A stretch of DNA of 64,000 nucleotides, taken from an uncultured Ruminococcus sp. GTDB lineage: Bacteria > Bacillota > Clostridia > Oscillospirales > CAG-272. The notes under the pieces are model-generated. The model saw only the letters and a program-made list of their open reading frames with translations, was not told the DNA's origin and made no database searches. Below are positions 17,594 through 27,679 of the stretch, one piece after another. Positions within the stretch are counted from its first letter, which is position 1. Each line of letters opens with the position of its first letter. The translations under genes were made by a program, and so were the position numbers. The DNA is taken from the NCBI GenBank assembly GCA_902795355.1, contig CADBKZ010000009.1, positions 352 through 64,351 on the forward strand. The letters are read 5' to 3'.

Positions 17594-18325
17594 ATGAGTC
17601 TGTTCAAAAAAGCCCTCGCCGAATGTATCGGCACGGCAGTTCTGGTTTTCGTGGCCTGCGGCGTTGCCGTGGTGTCCGGCGTAAACTGGGTTGCCACCTC
17701 TCTCGCCTTTGGCCTTGTAATCGTGGCCATGGCCTATTCCATCGGGAACGTTTCGGGTTGCCATATCAACCCCGCCGTTTCCATTGCCATGTTCGTCCGC
17801 AAAAAGATGACGCTCAACGAGTTCATTGCCTATGTTTGCGCGCAGGTGGTCGGCGCGTTCGTCGGCTCCGTTCTGCTCGGCGCTTTCCTTCGCGATTTCT
17901 CGACCCTCGGCGGCAACACGATTCAGGCACGGCTTGCGAAGGAAGTGACCCTTTCCGGCCTCAAACTTGACGCTTGGTCCTATATCGCCGCATTCCTTGT
18001 GGAAGTGGTGCTGACCTGCGTGTTTGTTCTGGCGATCCTCGGCGTAACCGACTCCAAGTTCCACGACGGCAAGCATGCCGGCTTGGTGATCGGCGGCGCG
18101 CTGACGCTCGTTCACCTGATCGGTCTGGGCTTCACGGGAACGTCCGTCAACCCCGCCCGCTCGCTGGCTCCCGCCATTCTGCAAGCCATTGCGGGCGAGA
18201 CCACTTCGCTTTCGCAGGTGTGGATCTGGATCCTCGCGCCTCTCTGCGGCGGTGTTCTCGCGGCCGTTCTCTACGGCATTCTGACCAACGGCAAGGAGAA
18301 AGCGGCGGAAGAGAAATCCGAATAA
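17594..18325 (+). CDS. aqpZ: Aquaporin (MIP family channel)
   Basis: Two NPA boxes (HINPAVS, SVNPARS). N-terminus KKALAECIGTAVLVF is typical of AqpZ. Confidence 0.9.
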   Translation: MSLFKKALAECIGTAVLVFVACGVAVVSGVNWVATSLAFGLVIVAMAYSIGNVSGCHINPAVSIAMFVRKKMTLNEFIAYVCAQVVGAFVGSVLLGAFLRDFSTLGGNTIQARLAKEVTLSGLKLDAWSYIAAFLVEVVLTCVFVLAILGVTDSKFHDGKHAGLVIGGALTLVHLIGLGFTGTSVNPARSLAPAILQAIAGETTSLSQVWIWILAPLCGGVLAAVLYGILTNGKEKAAEEKSE

Positions 18326-18341
18326 TATCGGGTATCAGCCG

Positions 18342-18380
18342 AAAAAAAGAATACCGCCCGCGGGCGGTATTCTTTTTTTG
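18342..18380. terminator. Bidirectional terminator between the aquaporin gene and the purine operon
   Basis: AAAAAAAGAATACCGCCCG/CGGGCGGTATTCTTTTTTT. Confidence 0.85.
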
Positions 18381-18395
18381 CGCCGATTCAGTCGT

Positions 18396-19376
18396 TTATT
18401 CCCACTCAATGGTTCCCGTGGGTTTCGGGGTCAGGTCGTAGAGAACGCGGTTCACGCCCTTGACCTCGCTCGTGATGCGGGCGGTGATGTGTTGCAGGAG
18501 CGGGAAGGGGATGTCCTCAACGGTCGCGGTCATCGCGTCCTTGGTGTTCACCGCGCGGATGATCACCGGCCATTCATAGGCGCGGACGTTCTCTTTCACG
18601 CCCGTGGATTTGAAATCGGGGATCAGCGTGAAATACTGCCAGACCTTGCCTTCCAGCCCGTTTTTCGCGAACTCCTCGCGCAAAATGGCGTCCGATTCGC
18701 GAACGGCTTCCAGACGGTCGCGGGTGATTGCGCCGAGGCAGCGAACGCCAAGCCCCGGGCCGGGGAACGGCTGACGGTAAACCATGTTTTTCGGCAAGCC
18801 CAACGCCTCGCCAACCACGCGTACCTCGTCCTTAAACAGGAATTTAAGCGGTTCCACCAGCTCAAATTTCAGGTCCTCGGGCAGGCCGCCAACGTTGTGG
18901 TGCGCTTTCACGGGGCCGCTTTCGAGGATGTCGGGGTAGATCGTTCCCTGCGCGAGGAACTCGATGCCGTCGAGCTTGCGCGCCTCTTCCTCGAACACGC
19001 GAATGAACTCCGCGCCAATCACTTTCCGCTTGCGCTCCGGCTCGGCAACGCCCGCGAGCTTGTCCAGAAAACGGTCCACCGCGTCCACATAAACAAGGTT
19101 GGCGTTCATTTCCTCGCGGAACACCTGAACGACCTGTTCGGGTTCTCCTTTGCGGAGCAGACCGTGGTTGACATGAACGCAGACGAGCTGTTTCCCGACC
19201 GCCTTGATGAGCAGGGCGGCGACGACCGAGGAATCCACCCCGCCCGAGAGGGCGAGCAGGACTTTTTTGCTCCCGATCTGCGCGCGCAGGGCGGAGAGCT
19301 GATCTTCAATGAATTTGTTTGCGAGCGCGGGCGTGGTGATGCGCTCCATGCTTGCGGGACGAACGTTGTTTGCCAT
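18396..19376 (-). CDS. Stand-alone GMP synthase ATP-pyrophosphatase/dimerisation domain protein (no glutamine amidotransferase domain)
   Basis: 326 aa. [16 protein letters not shown] (PP-loop), [25 protein letters not shown]-terminal TIEWE. Collinear with the C-terminal two thirds of the adjacent guaA. Confidence 0.85.
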   Translation of the reverse strand: MANNVRPASMERITTPALANKFIEDQLSALRAQIGSKKVLLALSGGVDSSVVAALLIKAVGKQLVCVHVNHGLLRKGEPEQVVQVFREEMNANLVYVDAVDRFLDKLAGVAEPERKRKVIGAEFIRVFEEEARKLDGIEFLAQGTIYPDILESGPVKAHHNVGGLPEDLKFELVEPLKFLFKDEVRVVGEALGLPKNMVYRQPFPGPGLGVRCLGAITRDRLEAVRESDAILREEFAKNGLEGKVWQYFTLIPDFKSTGVKENVRAYEWPVIIRAVNTKDAMTATVEDIPFPLLQHITARITSEVKGVNRVLYDLTPKPTGTIEWE

Positions 19377-19434
19377 GGGTGTTTCTCCTTATATGTAGTT
19401 GAAATTGAACGGTTCAAAAGGTCTGGAGTTTCTG

Positions 19435-20967
19435 TTATTCCCATTCCACCGTAGCCGGCGGTTTGGAAGTAATATCATAGGTTACGCGGCTGACGCTCCG
19501 AACCTCGTTGGTAATGCGGCTGCTGGCCCGTTCGAGCACTTCAAACGGGATGCGCGCCCAATCGGCGGTCATAAAGTCGTCGGTGGTTACGGCGCGGAGC
19601 GCAACGGTATAGCCGTATGTGCGCGCGTCGCCCATCACGCCAACGCTGCGGGTGTCGGTCAGAACGGCGAAATACTGCGCAATCGAGCGGTCAAGCCCCG
19701 CGTTTGCAATCTCCTCGCGGAAAATCGCGTCGGCTTCGCGGAGCGTGTCGGCCTTTTCCTTGGTGATCTCCCCGATGATGCGGACGGCAAGCCCCGGGCC
19801 GGGGAAGGGCTGACGGTAGACCAGATCCTCGGGGATCCCGAGTTTGAGACCCGTGGCGCGGACCTCGTCCTTGAACAGGTCGCGGAGCGGCTCCACAATT
19901 CCTTCAAAGTCGATTACGTCGGGCAGGCCGCCCACATTGTGGTGGCTCTTGATAACCGACGCGTCGCCTTTCCCGCTCTCGATTACGTCGGGATAAATCG
20001 TTCCCTGCGCAAGGTAATCCATTTTCCCGAGCTTTTTGCCCTCGTCCTCGAACACGCGGATGAACTCCTCGCCGATGATCTTGCGTTTGCGCTCCGGCTC
20101 GGTTACGCCCGCGAGCTTGGAAAGGAACCGATCCTCGGCGTTCACGCGCACCAGATTCATGTTGAAACGGTGGCGGAAAACGCTTTCCACCATGTCGCCC
20201 TCGTTCTTGCGGAGCAGACCGTGGTCCACGAACACGCAAACCAGCTGGTCGCCGATGGCCTTGTGCATCAGAACGGCGGCAACCGAGGAATCCACGCCGC
20301 CCGAAAGCGCGCAAAGCACGCGCTTGCCCGCCAATTCGCGGCGGTATTTCGCAACGGACTGTTCGATGAAATCTTCCATGTTCCAATCGCCCGCGCACCG
20401 GCAGATGTTGAACAGGAAGTTTTGCAGAATGCGCTTGCCGTAGGCGGTGTGCGTTACCTCGGGGTGGAACTGCACGCCGTAAAGGCTGCGGCCCTCGTCA
20501 CTCATGGCGGCGCAGGGGCATTTTGCGGTGGTTGCAATGGTTTCAAAGCCCGCGGGCGGCGCGCTGACAAAATCGTTGTGGCTCATCCAGCAAACGCTGG
20601 TTTCGGGAAGCCCCTCGAACAGCGGCGAAGCGGGATTGACCGTTACCTCGATTTTGCCGTACTCGCTCGAATTTTCGGCGTTTCGGATCTCGCCGCCGGC
20701 CATATAGGCCATCAGTTGGTCGCCGTAGCAAATGCCGAGGATGGGCAGACCGGCGGAAAGAATCGCGGGGTCGTAATGCGGCGAGGCGGGGTCGTAAACG
20801 CTGTTGGGGCCGCCGGTAAAGATTATGCCGCGGTATTCGGCCTTGATCTCTTCCAAGGCGATCTTATTGTAGGGCTTGACTTCGGCGTAAACATGGTGTT
20901 CGCGCACGCGGCGGGCGATCAGTTGGTCGTACTGACCGCCAAAGTCCAGAACCAGAATTTTTTCCAT
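19435..20967 (-). CDS. guaA: GMP synthase (glutamine-hydrolysing), full length
   Basis: Start at [23 protein letters not shown] (ATG 20967). GATase GICYGDQ plus PP-loop [14 protein letters not shown] plus C-terminal ATVEWE. Confidence 0.95.
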   Translation of the reverse strand: MEKILVLDFGGQYDQLIARRVREHHVYAEVKPYNKIALEEIKAEYRGIIFTGGPNSVYDPASPHYDPAILSAGLPILGICYGDQLMAYMAGGEIRNAENSSEYGKIEVTVNPASPLFEGLPETSVCWMSHNDFVSAPPAGFETIATTAKCPCAAMSDEGRSLYGVQFHPEVTHTAYGKRILQNFLFNICRCAGDWNMEDFIEQSVAKYRRELAGKRVLCALSGGVDSSVAAVLMHKAIGDQLVCVFVDHGLLRKNEGDMVESVFRHRFNMNLVRVNAEDRFLSKLAGVTEPERKRKIIGEEFIRVFEDEGKKLGKMDYLAQGTIYPDVIESGKGDASVIKSHHNVGGLPDVIDFEGIVEPLRDLFKDEVRATGLKLGIPEDLVYRQPFPGPGLAVRIIGEITKEKADTLREADAIFREEIANAGLDRSIAQYFAVLTDTRSVGVMGDARTYGYTVALRAVTTDDFMTADWARIPFEVLERASSRITNEVRSVSRVTYDITSKPPATVEWE

Positions 20968-20986
20968 GGGTGTCGCGCTCCTTTTT

Positions 20987-22402
20987 TCAAATGGAAAGTT
21001 CCACTTTGCCCTCGCCCACGTTGGCAAGCAGAGGGGCGATTTCGGCAAGGAAGCGGCTGACCTGCTCGGGGCAACGCCCCACATAGCGCGAGGGTTCCAG
21101 AATTGCTTCCATTTCCGCTTTGGACATGCCGAACTCGGAATGCTCGGCCAGCGAGGAGAGCAGATCGCAAGGCTCGCCGTTCTTCATGCGCGCGGTGGCT
21201 TCCATGGAGCAGGAGCGGACGATTTCATGCAGCTCCTGACGGTTCCCGCCGCGGCGGACGCCTTCCATCATCAGGTTTTCCGTGGCGATGAAGGGCAGGT
21301 ATTCGCGAACGGTGCGGTCGATGATCTTTTCGTTGACGCAAAGCCCGTCGGTCACGTTCTGCACAATGCGCAGGATCGCGTCCGCGCAGAGAAAGCCCTC
21401 GGGAAGGGAAATGCGGCGGTTGGCGGAATCGTCGAGCGTTCGCTCGAGCCATTGGACCGAGGCGGTCATGGGCGCGTTGAGCGCGTCCGCCATTAAGTAG
21501 CGCGCAAGCGAGCAGATGCGCTCGCAGCGCATGGGGTTGCGCTTATAGGCCATGGCCGAGGAACCGATCTGATTTTTTTCAAACGGCTCTTCCACCTGCC
21601 GGTCGTGTTGGAGCAGGCGGATGTCGTTGGCCATGCGGTAGGCGCTTTGGGCAATTGCGGAAAGGACGTTCAGAATGCGGCTGTCGGTCTTGCGGGGGTA
21701 GGTTTGCCCCGAAACGGAGTAGCAGCGGGAGAACCCGAACGCGCGCGAGAGCTTGCGGTTCATCTCGTCAATTTTCTCTCCGTCGCCGTCGAACAGCTCC
21801 ATAAAGCTCGCCTCGGTTCCCGTGGTGCCGCGGCAGCCGAGGAAGGGGATGCGGTCGATCACAAAATCGAGTTCTTCCAGATCGGCCAGAAAGTCCTGCA
21901 GCCAAAGCGTTGCGCGCTTGCCGACGGTAACGAGCTGGGCGGGCTGATAATGCGTGTAGCCGAGGGTGGGGGTCGCCTTGTAGGCGTCGGCGAACGCGGC
22001 AAGGTTTTTCATGGCTTTGAGCAGTTCGCCGCGCAGATACCGCAAGCCGTCTCGGTAGATCACAAGGTCGGCGTTGTCGGTCACATAGCAGCTGGTGGCT
22101 CCCAGATGGATGATGCCCGCCGCGGACGGCGCGGCCAGCCCGTAGGCATAAACATGCGCCATTACGTCGTGGCGGACTTCCTTTTCGCGCGCGGCCACCG
22201 CCTCGTAGTCAATGTCGTTCACATGCGCTTCGAGATCGGCGATCTGCTCCCCGGTAATCGGAAGGCCGAGGTCATGCTCGGCGCGCGCCAGCTCCACCCA
22301 AAGGCGGCGCCATGTGCGGTAGCGCGTGTCGGCCGAAAACAGGCCCAGCATGTAGGGCGAGGCATAGCGGGAAGAAAGCGGGGATTCGTAAACGTTTTTC
22401 AT
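20987..22402 (-). CDS. purB: Adenylosuccinate lyase
   Basis: Start [18 protein letters not shown]. The signature [10 protein letters not shown] is present. Confidence 0.92.
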   Translation of the reverse strand: MKNVYESPLSSRYASPYMLGLFSADTRYRTWRRLWVELARAEHDLGLPITGEQIADLEAHVNDIDYEAVAAREKEVRHDVMAHVYAYGLAAPSAAGIIHLGATSCYVTDNADLVIYRDGLRYLRGELLKAMKNLAAFADAYKATPTLGYTHYQPAQLVTVGKRATLWLQDFLADLEELDFVIDRIPFLGCRGTTGTEASFMELFDGDGEKIDEMNRKLSRAFGFSRCYSVSGQTYPRKTDSRILNVLSAIAQSAYRMANDIRLLQHDRQVEEPFEKNQIGSSAMAYKRNPMRCERICSLARYLMADALNAPMTASVQWLERTLDDSANRRISLPEGFLCADAILRIVQNVTDGLCVNEKIIDRTVREYLPFIATENLMMEGVRRGGNRQELHEIVRSCSMEATARMKNGEPCDLLSSLAEHSEFGMSKAEMEAILEPSRYVGRCPEQVSRFLAEIAPLLANVGEGKVELSI

Positions 22403-22413
22403 CGGCGCACCTC

Positions 22414-23688
22414 TCAACGCAGAATAATGCTGTCGCGCTCGGGACCGACCGAAACATAGCCGATGTGGCAGCCGATGGCCTTTTCCACATACTCCACATA
22501 TTTTTGCGCGGCGGCGGGGAGATCTTCCCAGCGGCGCACGCCCGAAATATCGCATTTCCAACCGTCAAGGTATTCGGTTACGGGTTTGGCCTCGGCAAGG
22601 AGCGTAGGAAAGGGGAAATCGTCAATCTGTTTGCCGTCCAGCAGGTAGTGGGTGCAAACGGGGATCTTTTCCATATAGCTCAACACATCGAGCTTGGTCA
22701 GGGCAATGTTGGTTGCCGCCTGCGTTTCCACGCCGTAGCGCGTGGCGACAATATCCAAAGGCCCCACGCGGCGCGGGCGGCCGGTTTTGGCCCCGTACTC
22801 GTTGCCCGCCTCGCGGAGCTTTTCGGCCTCTTCGCCGAACCATTCGCAGGTGAACGGCCCTTCACCCACGCAGGTGGAATAGGCCTTGACCACGCCCACC
22901 ACCTCGTTGATCTTTGCGGCGGGGTAGCCGGAACCGATGGGAGCGTAGGCGGCGGTGGTGTTGGACGACGTGGTGTAGGGGTAAATGCCGTAATCAAGGT
23001 CGCGGAGCGCGCCGAGCTGCGCTTCAAACAGGATGTTCTTGCCCGCCTTGTCCGCGTTTTTGAGGAAGGCTCCCACATCGCAGATAAAGGGCTTGATCTT
23101 TTCGCAGTAGTCGTTCACCCATGCCGTCAGGCGTTCCATGGTGTAAGGCTCCGCGCCGTAAACGCCGGAAAGGGTCAGGTTTTTCCATTCGAGCAGGTCG
23201 GCAAGGTGCGCGCGCAGATGCTCGGGGTGGAACAGCTCGCCCGCCATCACCGTTTTCTTTTGGTATTTATCCGAATAGAACGGCGCGATGCCCTGCTTGG
23301 TGGAGCCGTATTTTTTATCGGCCAGCCGCGCCTCTTCCAGCGAATCGAGTTCGCGGTGCCAAGGGAGCAGGAGCGACGCGCGGTCGCTGATTTTCAGATT
23401 TTCGGGCGTCAGCGCGATTCCTTGGGCGATCACGGTTTGCATCTCGTTCCAAAGGTTTTCGGGATCGAGGGCCACGCCGTTGCCCAGAATGTTGACAACG
23501 CCCGCGCGGAAAATGCCCGAGGGGAGCAGATGGAGCGCGAACTTGCCGTGCTCGTTGATTACGGTGTGTCCCGCGTTTCCGCCGCCCTGATAGCGAACCA
23601 CGACATCATAATGTTGGGTGAGAAGATCGACCATGCGGCCTTTTCCCTCGTCACCCCAATTGATTCCGACAATGGCACAGTTTGACAT
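22414..23688 (-). CDS. purA: Adenylosuccinate synthase
   Basis: Start MSNCAIVGINWGDEGKGRMVDLL (GGAGG RBS). GGGNAGHTV motif present. Confidence 0.95.
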   Translation of the reverse strand: MSNCAIVGINWGDEGKGRMVDLLTQHYDVVVRYQGGGNAGHTVINEHGKFALHLLPSGIFRAGVVNILGNGVALDPENLWNEMQTVIAQGIALTPENLKISDRASLLLPWHRELDSLEEARLADKKYGSTKQGIAPFYSDKYQKKTVMAGELFHPEHLRAHLADLLEWKNLTLSGVYGAEPYTMERLTAWVNDYCEKIKPFICDVGAFLKNADKAGKNILFEAQLGALRDLDYGIYPYTTSSNTTAAYAPIGSGYPAAKINEVVGVVKAYSTCVGEGPFTCEWFGEEAEKLREAGNEYGAKTGRPRRVGPLDIVATRYGVETQAATNIALTKLDVLSYMEKIPVCTHYLLDGKQIDDFPFPTLLAEAKPVTEYLDGWKCDISGVRRWEDLPAAAQKYVEYVEKAIGCHIGYVSVGPERDSIILR

Positions 23689-23984
23689 AACAGCCTCCGA
23701 CAACATGAAAGTTTCACATACATATCTATTATAACATAAGACCCCGCACTTTGCAAGGGAAAACGGCAAAGATTTTATCAATTGGCAATTTGCCGAAAAA
23801 GAGCGGCTCTTTTGCCGAAAAACCGAGAATTTTTTCGGTTGACGGACAGGCCGGACGACCTTTCCCGACAAAAAGTTCATTTTTCGGAAAAAAATTCAAA
23901 CGGGGTATTGATTTTTTTGTTGTTTCATGATATAATGAAACATGTGAGAGTGATCTTGCAAATAAAAGAGGGGGGTTTTTCATC

Positions 23985-24224
23985 ATGGCAGAGAAAAAGA
24001 GCGATTACTTCGGCCTTTCTTGGATCGTAAGCTTGATTCTCGCGATCATTCCGATCACTTCTTGGGTGTGTGGCTTTGTCACTCGCTTCATGGAAGGCAA
24101 AACCATTGCCGGCGTTGTTCGGTTGGTTATTGGTCTGACCGGTATCGGCACCTTGATCCTTTGGGTCATCGACCTCGTAATGATGATTCTCAACAAGAGC
24201 ATCTGGCGTGTTCTGAACAGCTGA
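23985..24224 (+). CDS. Small integral membrane protein (two TM helices)
   Basis: 79 aa, hydrophobic, preceded by a TTGATT-17-TATAAT promoter and a GAGGGGGG RBS. Confidence 0.55.
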   Translation: MAEKKSDYFGLSWIVSLILAIIPITSWVCGFVTRFMEGKTIAGVVRLVIGLTGIGTLILWVIDLVMMILNKSIWRVLNS

Positions 24225-24235
24225 TTTACGAGCGC

Positions 24236-24264
24236 AAAAAACTCCGCCTCGGCGGAGTTTTTTC
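24236..24264 (+). terminator. Intrinsic terminator
   Basis: AAAAAACTCCGCC-tc-GGCGGAGTTTTTT. Confidence 0.8.
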
Positions 24265-24324
24265 GTACCTGACAAACAAAGCGGAAACGCTGCGATCAAA
24301 AAACGGAAAAGGAGATTTTCGGAA

Positions 24325-24687
24325 ATGTTTTGTCCCAATTGCGGAGCGGAAGCACAGGAGGGCGCGTTGTTTTGCACGAATTGCGGAGCGAAACTCGGCG
24401 ATTTTTCCAAATCGTCCGAAGCGCAGCCCGAAACGGTGAAGCTGAACCATGCCGTCAGCGATAAATCCAAGATCGTCGCGGGGTTGCTCGGGATCTTTTT
24501 GGGTTGCTTCGGCGTTCACAATTTTTACCTCGGGTATACGGGGAAAGCCGTGGCGCAGCTGTTGCTCTCGCTGCTCTCGGTTGGTATTTTGAGCGGGATC
24601 AGCGCGATTTGGGGGTTGATTGAAGGAATCCTGATCCTTTGCGGCGGCATTGACGCGGACGCGGAAGGCAAAAAATTGGCCAACTGA
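24325..24687 (+). CDS. Zinc-ribbon plus TM2 domain membrane protein
   Basis: MFCPNCGAEAQEGALFCTNCGAKL zinc ribbon. GLLGIFLGCFGVHNFYLGYTGKAVAQLLL is the TM2 domain signature. Confidence 0.8.
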   Translation: MFCPNCGAEAQEGALFCTNCGAKLGDFSKSSEAQPETVKLNHAVSDKSKIVAGLLGIFLGCFGVHNFYLGYTGKAVAQLLLSLLSVGILSGISAIWGLIEGILILCGGIDADAEGKKLAN

Positions 24688-24726
24688 TTTTCCCGCGCTT
24701 GCCGATTCCCGAAAAACGCAAATGCA

Positions 24727-24757
24727 GAGCCGCTTTCCCCCTGTGGGAAAGCGGCTC
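24727..24757. terminator. Hairpin between the convergent TM2 gene and glmS
   Basis: GAGCCGCTTTCCC-cctgt-GGGAAAGCGGCTC. Confidence 0.7.
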
Positions 24758-24770
24758 CGCATCTTTGTTT

Positions 24771-26603
24771 TTACTCCACCGTAACGCTCTTGGCAAGATT
24801 GCGGGGGCGGTCGATGTCGCACCCGAGGAGCGACGCGGCTTCATATGCGATGCACTGAACGGCGAGAAGCGCGGAAAACACGGTTGCCGCGTTTGAGGAA
24901 ACGGGCAGGGAAATCAGTTCGTCGGCGGTTTCGCTTGGAACCGCGATGTCGCTCCGGCAGATCAGCGTGACCTGCGCGCCGCGACTGCGGACTTCCCGAA
25001 TGTTGCTTTCGGTTTTATCAAACAGGTCGCGCTCGGTGGAAATGGCGAGGACCGGCGTTCCGGCTTCCACCAGCGAAATGGTTCCGTGTTTCAGCTCGCC
25101 CGCGGCATACGCCTCGCAATGGATATACGAAATTTCTTTGAGTTTGAGCGCGGCTTCCATGGAGAGCGCGTAGTCGATCCCGCGGCCGATATAGAACACA
25201 TGCTCGTGGTTAATCAACCCGCGCGCCGCTTTGCGGTAGCGATCCTCGCGGGAGAGCATTTGCTCCATGGCGGCGGGAACGTCCCGCAAAAGGCAATTCA
25301 CGGCCTCGCGGGCTTTTTCGTCGGTCAGCCGTCCGGCGGCGTGCGCCATTGCCAGCGCGATCATCCAAAGCACCGAAGCCTGCGTGCAATAGCCCTTGGT
25401 GGTGGCAACGGCAATTTCGGGACCGGCATAGGTATAAACGCGGCGGTCGGCCTCGCGGGCAATGGTGGTTTCCACGGCGTTCACAATGGCGAGCGTGGGA
25501 ATCCCTTGCTCTTTGGCATAGCGGAGCGCGGCAAGGCTATCGGCCGTCTCCCCGCTCTGCGAGATCACCACGACCAGCGTCCCCTCGGACATAACGGGGG
25601 GATGATAGCGATATTCGGAAGCGATATGCACCGTGGTGGGAACTTTCGCGTAATCCTCGATCAGCCGTTGCCCCAAAAGCCCCGCGTGCATGGCGGAGCC
25701 GCAGGCGACCACCTGAATATGCCGGACGGACCGCCAGAAGTCGGCGTTAATGCCGTCCGCCGAAAAATCGGGCAACCCCTTGGAATTGACGCGCGGCGAG
25801 ACCGATTTGACCACCGCGGCGGGCTGTTCGTGGATCTCTTTGAGCATGAAATGCGCGAAGCCGCCTTTCTGCGCGGATTCGGGCGTCATGGTGGTGGTTT
25901 TCCACTCGGGCGGGAAGCGCGTTCCGTCCGCGGGGCAGATGCTGACGCCGTCCGGCAGGAGGCAGGCGATTTCATCCTCTTTCAAGGCGCAGTATTCTCG
26001 GGTGAAGGGCAGAAGCGCGGTCATATCGGATGCGAGGTAAAAGCCGTCTCTGCCGCGCGCGAGGATCAGCGGGCTTCCGCGGCGGATCACGTAGACCTCG
26101 CCTTCGCGCCCGTCGAACAGAATGGCGAACGCGAACGCGCCGCGCATGCGGGCGGCTGCTTTCCGGATGGCCGCAACCGGCTCGCGCTCGGCGGCGTAGC
26201 AATCGTTGATCAGAGCCGCGGCAACCTCGGTGTCGGTTTCGGAGAGAAAGACCGCGCCCTTTCCGAGCAGTTCCGAGCGAAGCTCCTTGTAGTTTTCGAT
26301 AATGCCGTTGTGAACAAGAACGACCTTGCCCGCGCGGTGTGGGTGCGCGTTTTCGTCGGACGGCCCGCCGTGCGTTGCCCAACGGGTATGCCCGATGGCG
26401 CAGCGACTGTCCTCAATGGGCTCGTCGCGCAGTTTCTCTTCCAACGCGCCGATGCGCCCCTTGCATTTTACAATCTCGGTTCCGTTCTTCCGCTGCGCCG
26501 CAACGCCGACCGAATCGTAGCCGCGGTATTCAAGCACCGAAAGACCTTTCATCATTTTCGGAATCGCGTTCGCGCTTCCCGTGTAGCCGATAATTCCGCA
26601 CAT
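24771..26603 (-). CDS. glmS: Glutamine--fructose-6-phosphate aminotransferase (isomerising)
   Basis: Start MCGIIGYTGS (Cys2 nucleophile). Two SIS domains. C-terminal AKSVTVE. Confidence 0.95.
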   Translation of the reverse strand: MCGIIGYTGSANAIPKMMKGLSVLEYRGYDSVGVAAQRKNGTEIVKCKGRIGALEEKLRDEPIEDSRCAIGHTRWATHGGPSDENAHPHRAGKVVLVHNGIIENYKELRSELLGKGAVFLSETDTEVAAALINDCYAAEREPVAAIRKAAARMRGAFAFAILFDGREGEVYVIRRGSPLILARGRDGFYLASDMTALLPFTREYCALKEDEIACLLPDGVSICPADGTRFPPEWKTTTMTPESAQKGGFAHFMLKEIHEQPAAVVKSVSPRVNSKGLPDFSADGINADFWRSVRHIQVVACGSAMHAGLLGQRLIEDYAKVPTTVHIASEYRYHPPVMSEGTLVVVISQSGETADSLAALRYAKEQGIPTLAIVNAVETTIAREADRRVYTYAGPEIAVATTKGYCTQASVLWMIALAMAHAAGRLTDEKAREAVNCLLRDVPAAMEQMLSREDRYRKAARGLINHEHVFYIGRGIDYALSMEAALKLKEISYIHCEAYAAGELKHGTISLVEAGTPVLAISTERDLFDKTESNIREVRSRGAQVTLICRSDIAVPSETADELISLPVSSNAATVFSALLAVQCIAYEAASLLGCDIDRPRNLAKSVTVE

Positions 26604-26659
26604 GTTCGTTTTTCCCCTGTTCGGGCAGTTTCTTTCCGCCCGCCTTTCCGATGATGTAG

Positions 26660-26846
26660 AAAAAAGTGCAACCGGAAAAGACCGTTCCGGAAGAACGGTT
26701 TTTCGGTTGAACAGGGGTTGTTTTGCGGTTGCCCGCATATTTGAACCTGTTTTAACGATCGGGGGTTCCGACCGGAGAAGCATCCGCCGAATTTTCGATC
26801 ACTTCTCGCCTCGTCAACCGCGCCCGAGGGGCGCGGTCTGGCGCTA
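26660..26846 (-). ncRNA. glmS ribozyme (GlcN6P-dependent self-cleaving leader)
   Basis: Minus strand: AGCGCCAGACCGCGCCCCUCGGGCGCGGUUGACGAGGCGAGAAGUGAUCGAAAAUUCGGCGGAUGCUUCUCCGGUCGG... This matches the conserved core (AGCGCCAGA, GACGAGG, AUCGAAnnUUCGGCGGAUGC). The 3' boundary is approximate. Confidence 0.9.
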
Positions 26847-26983
26847 TTATCACCCGAATTTGCGGGGAACGGCGGTTACCCGCCCCATGCCTGCCGCCGT
26901 TCGTTCGCGGGCAAGGGGCTTTTTTGATTTTGCAAAACGCGGCGCGCTTTGCGAAAACACAGGAAACGCGAGCCGACGGCGGC

Positions 26984-27679
26984 TCAATCCCCGCGTTTGA
27001 GGACCACCTCTTCGCGGGATTTGAAGATATGGCGTTCGGGAACGAAGCCGCGCACCGAGGAGAGCGGATAAACGTTGCTGTGACAACCGATCACCGTTCC
27101 CGGGTTGAGCACGCTGTTGCAGCCGACTTCCACAAAATCGCCGAGCATCGCGCCGCATTTCTTCCGCCCCGTGGCGATCGATTCCGACCCCCAGCGAATG
27201 GAAACGGGGGTCTTATCGCTTTTGACGTTGGACGTGACCGCGCCCGCGCCCATATGCGACTTGTAGCCGAGGATCGCGTCGCCTACATAATTGAAGTGGG
27301 GAACCTGCACGCCGTCGAACAGAACGCAGTTTTTCAGCTCGGTGGAGTTGCCCACCACCGCCCCCGCTCCAACGATCGCGCTCCCGCGGATGAAGGCGCA
27401 TTGGCGGATCTCCGCGCCGCCGCAAACGATCAACGGTCCGCCGAGAGACGCCGAGGGAGCGACTTTCGCGGTCTTGGCGATCCATACGTCGTCGGCGGGG
27501 CGGTCGTATTCCTCGGGAGAGAGCGACGCGCCCAGCGAGCGGATGAAATCGGCAAGCCCGTCGAGCGCTTCCCAAGGGTAGGTGAACGCCGAAAGGTAGG
27601 GATAGGCGATGGAGCGTTCGGGATGGCGATAGAGCGCGGCGACGCGCACCTGTTCTTCAAAACGCAGGGGTTCAGCCAT
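26984..27679 (-). CDS. Left-handed beta-helix (hexapeptide repeat) transferase, GlmU C-terminal acetyltransferase-like
   Basis: 231 aa. Hexapeptide repeats (IVGAGAVVGNSTELKNCVLFDGVQVPHFNYVGDAILG...). Sits between glmM and glmS. Confidence 0.7.
   Translation of the reverse strand: MAEPLRFEEQVRVAALYRHPERSIAYPYLSAFTYPWEALDGLADFIRSLGASLSPEEYDRPADDVWIAKTAKVAPSASLGGPLIVCGGAEIRQCAFIRGSAIVGAGAVVGNSTELKNCVLFDGVQVPHFNYVGDAILGYKSHMGAGAVTSNVKSDKTPVSIRWGSESIATGRKKCGAMLGDFVEVGCNSVLNPGTVIGCHSNVYPLSSVRGFVPERHIFKSREEVVLKRGD

Noticed and set aside
19399-21060. 553-aa plus-strand ORF and similar ORFs at 18378-19454, 21605-22459, 22312-23685, 25086-26654 and 28035-29867
   Set aside because: All lie opposite strongly supported purine and hexosamine genes. 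No RBS or start context and no motifs.
23689-23984. Possible purine riboswitch or other leader upstream of purA
   Set aside because: Only a TTGCAA-17-TATAAT promoter and a short leader are present. I could not find the conserved purine-riboswitch junction/loop motifs.
26882-26926. GCCCC...GGGGC hairpin followed by TTTTTT on the plus strand
   Set aside because: There is no plus-strand gene upstream to terminate. On the minus strand it has no U-tract. It is probably incidental or part of the glmS promoter-upstream region.
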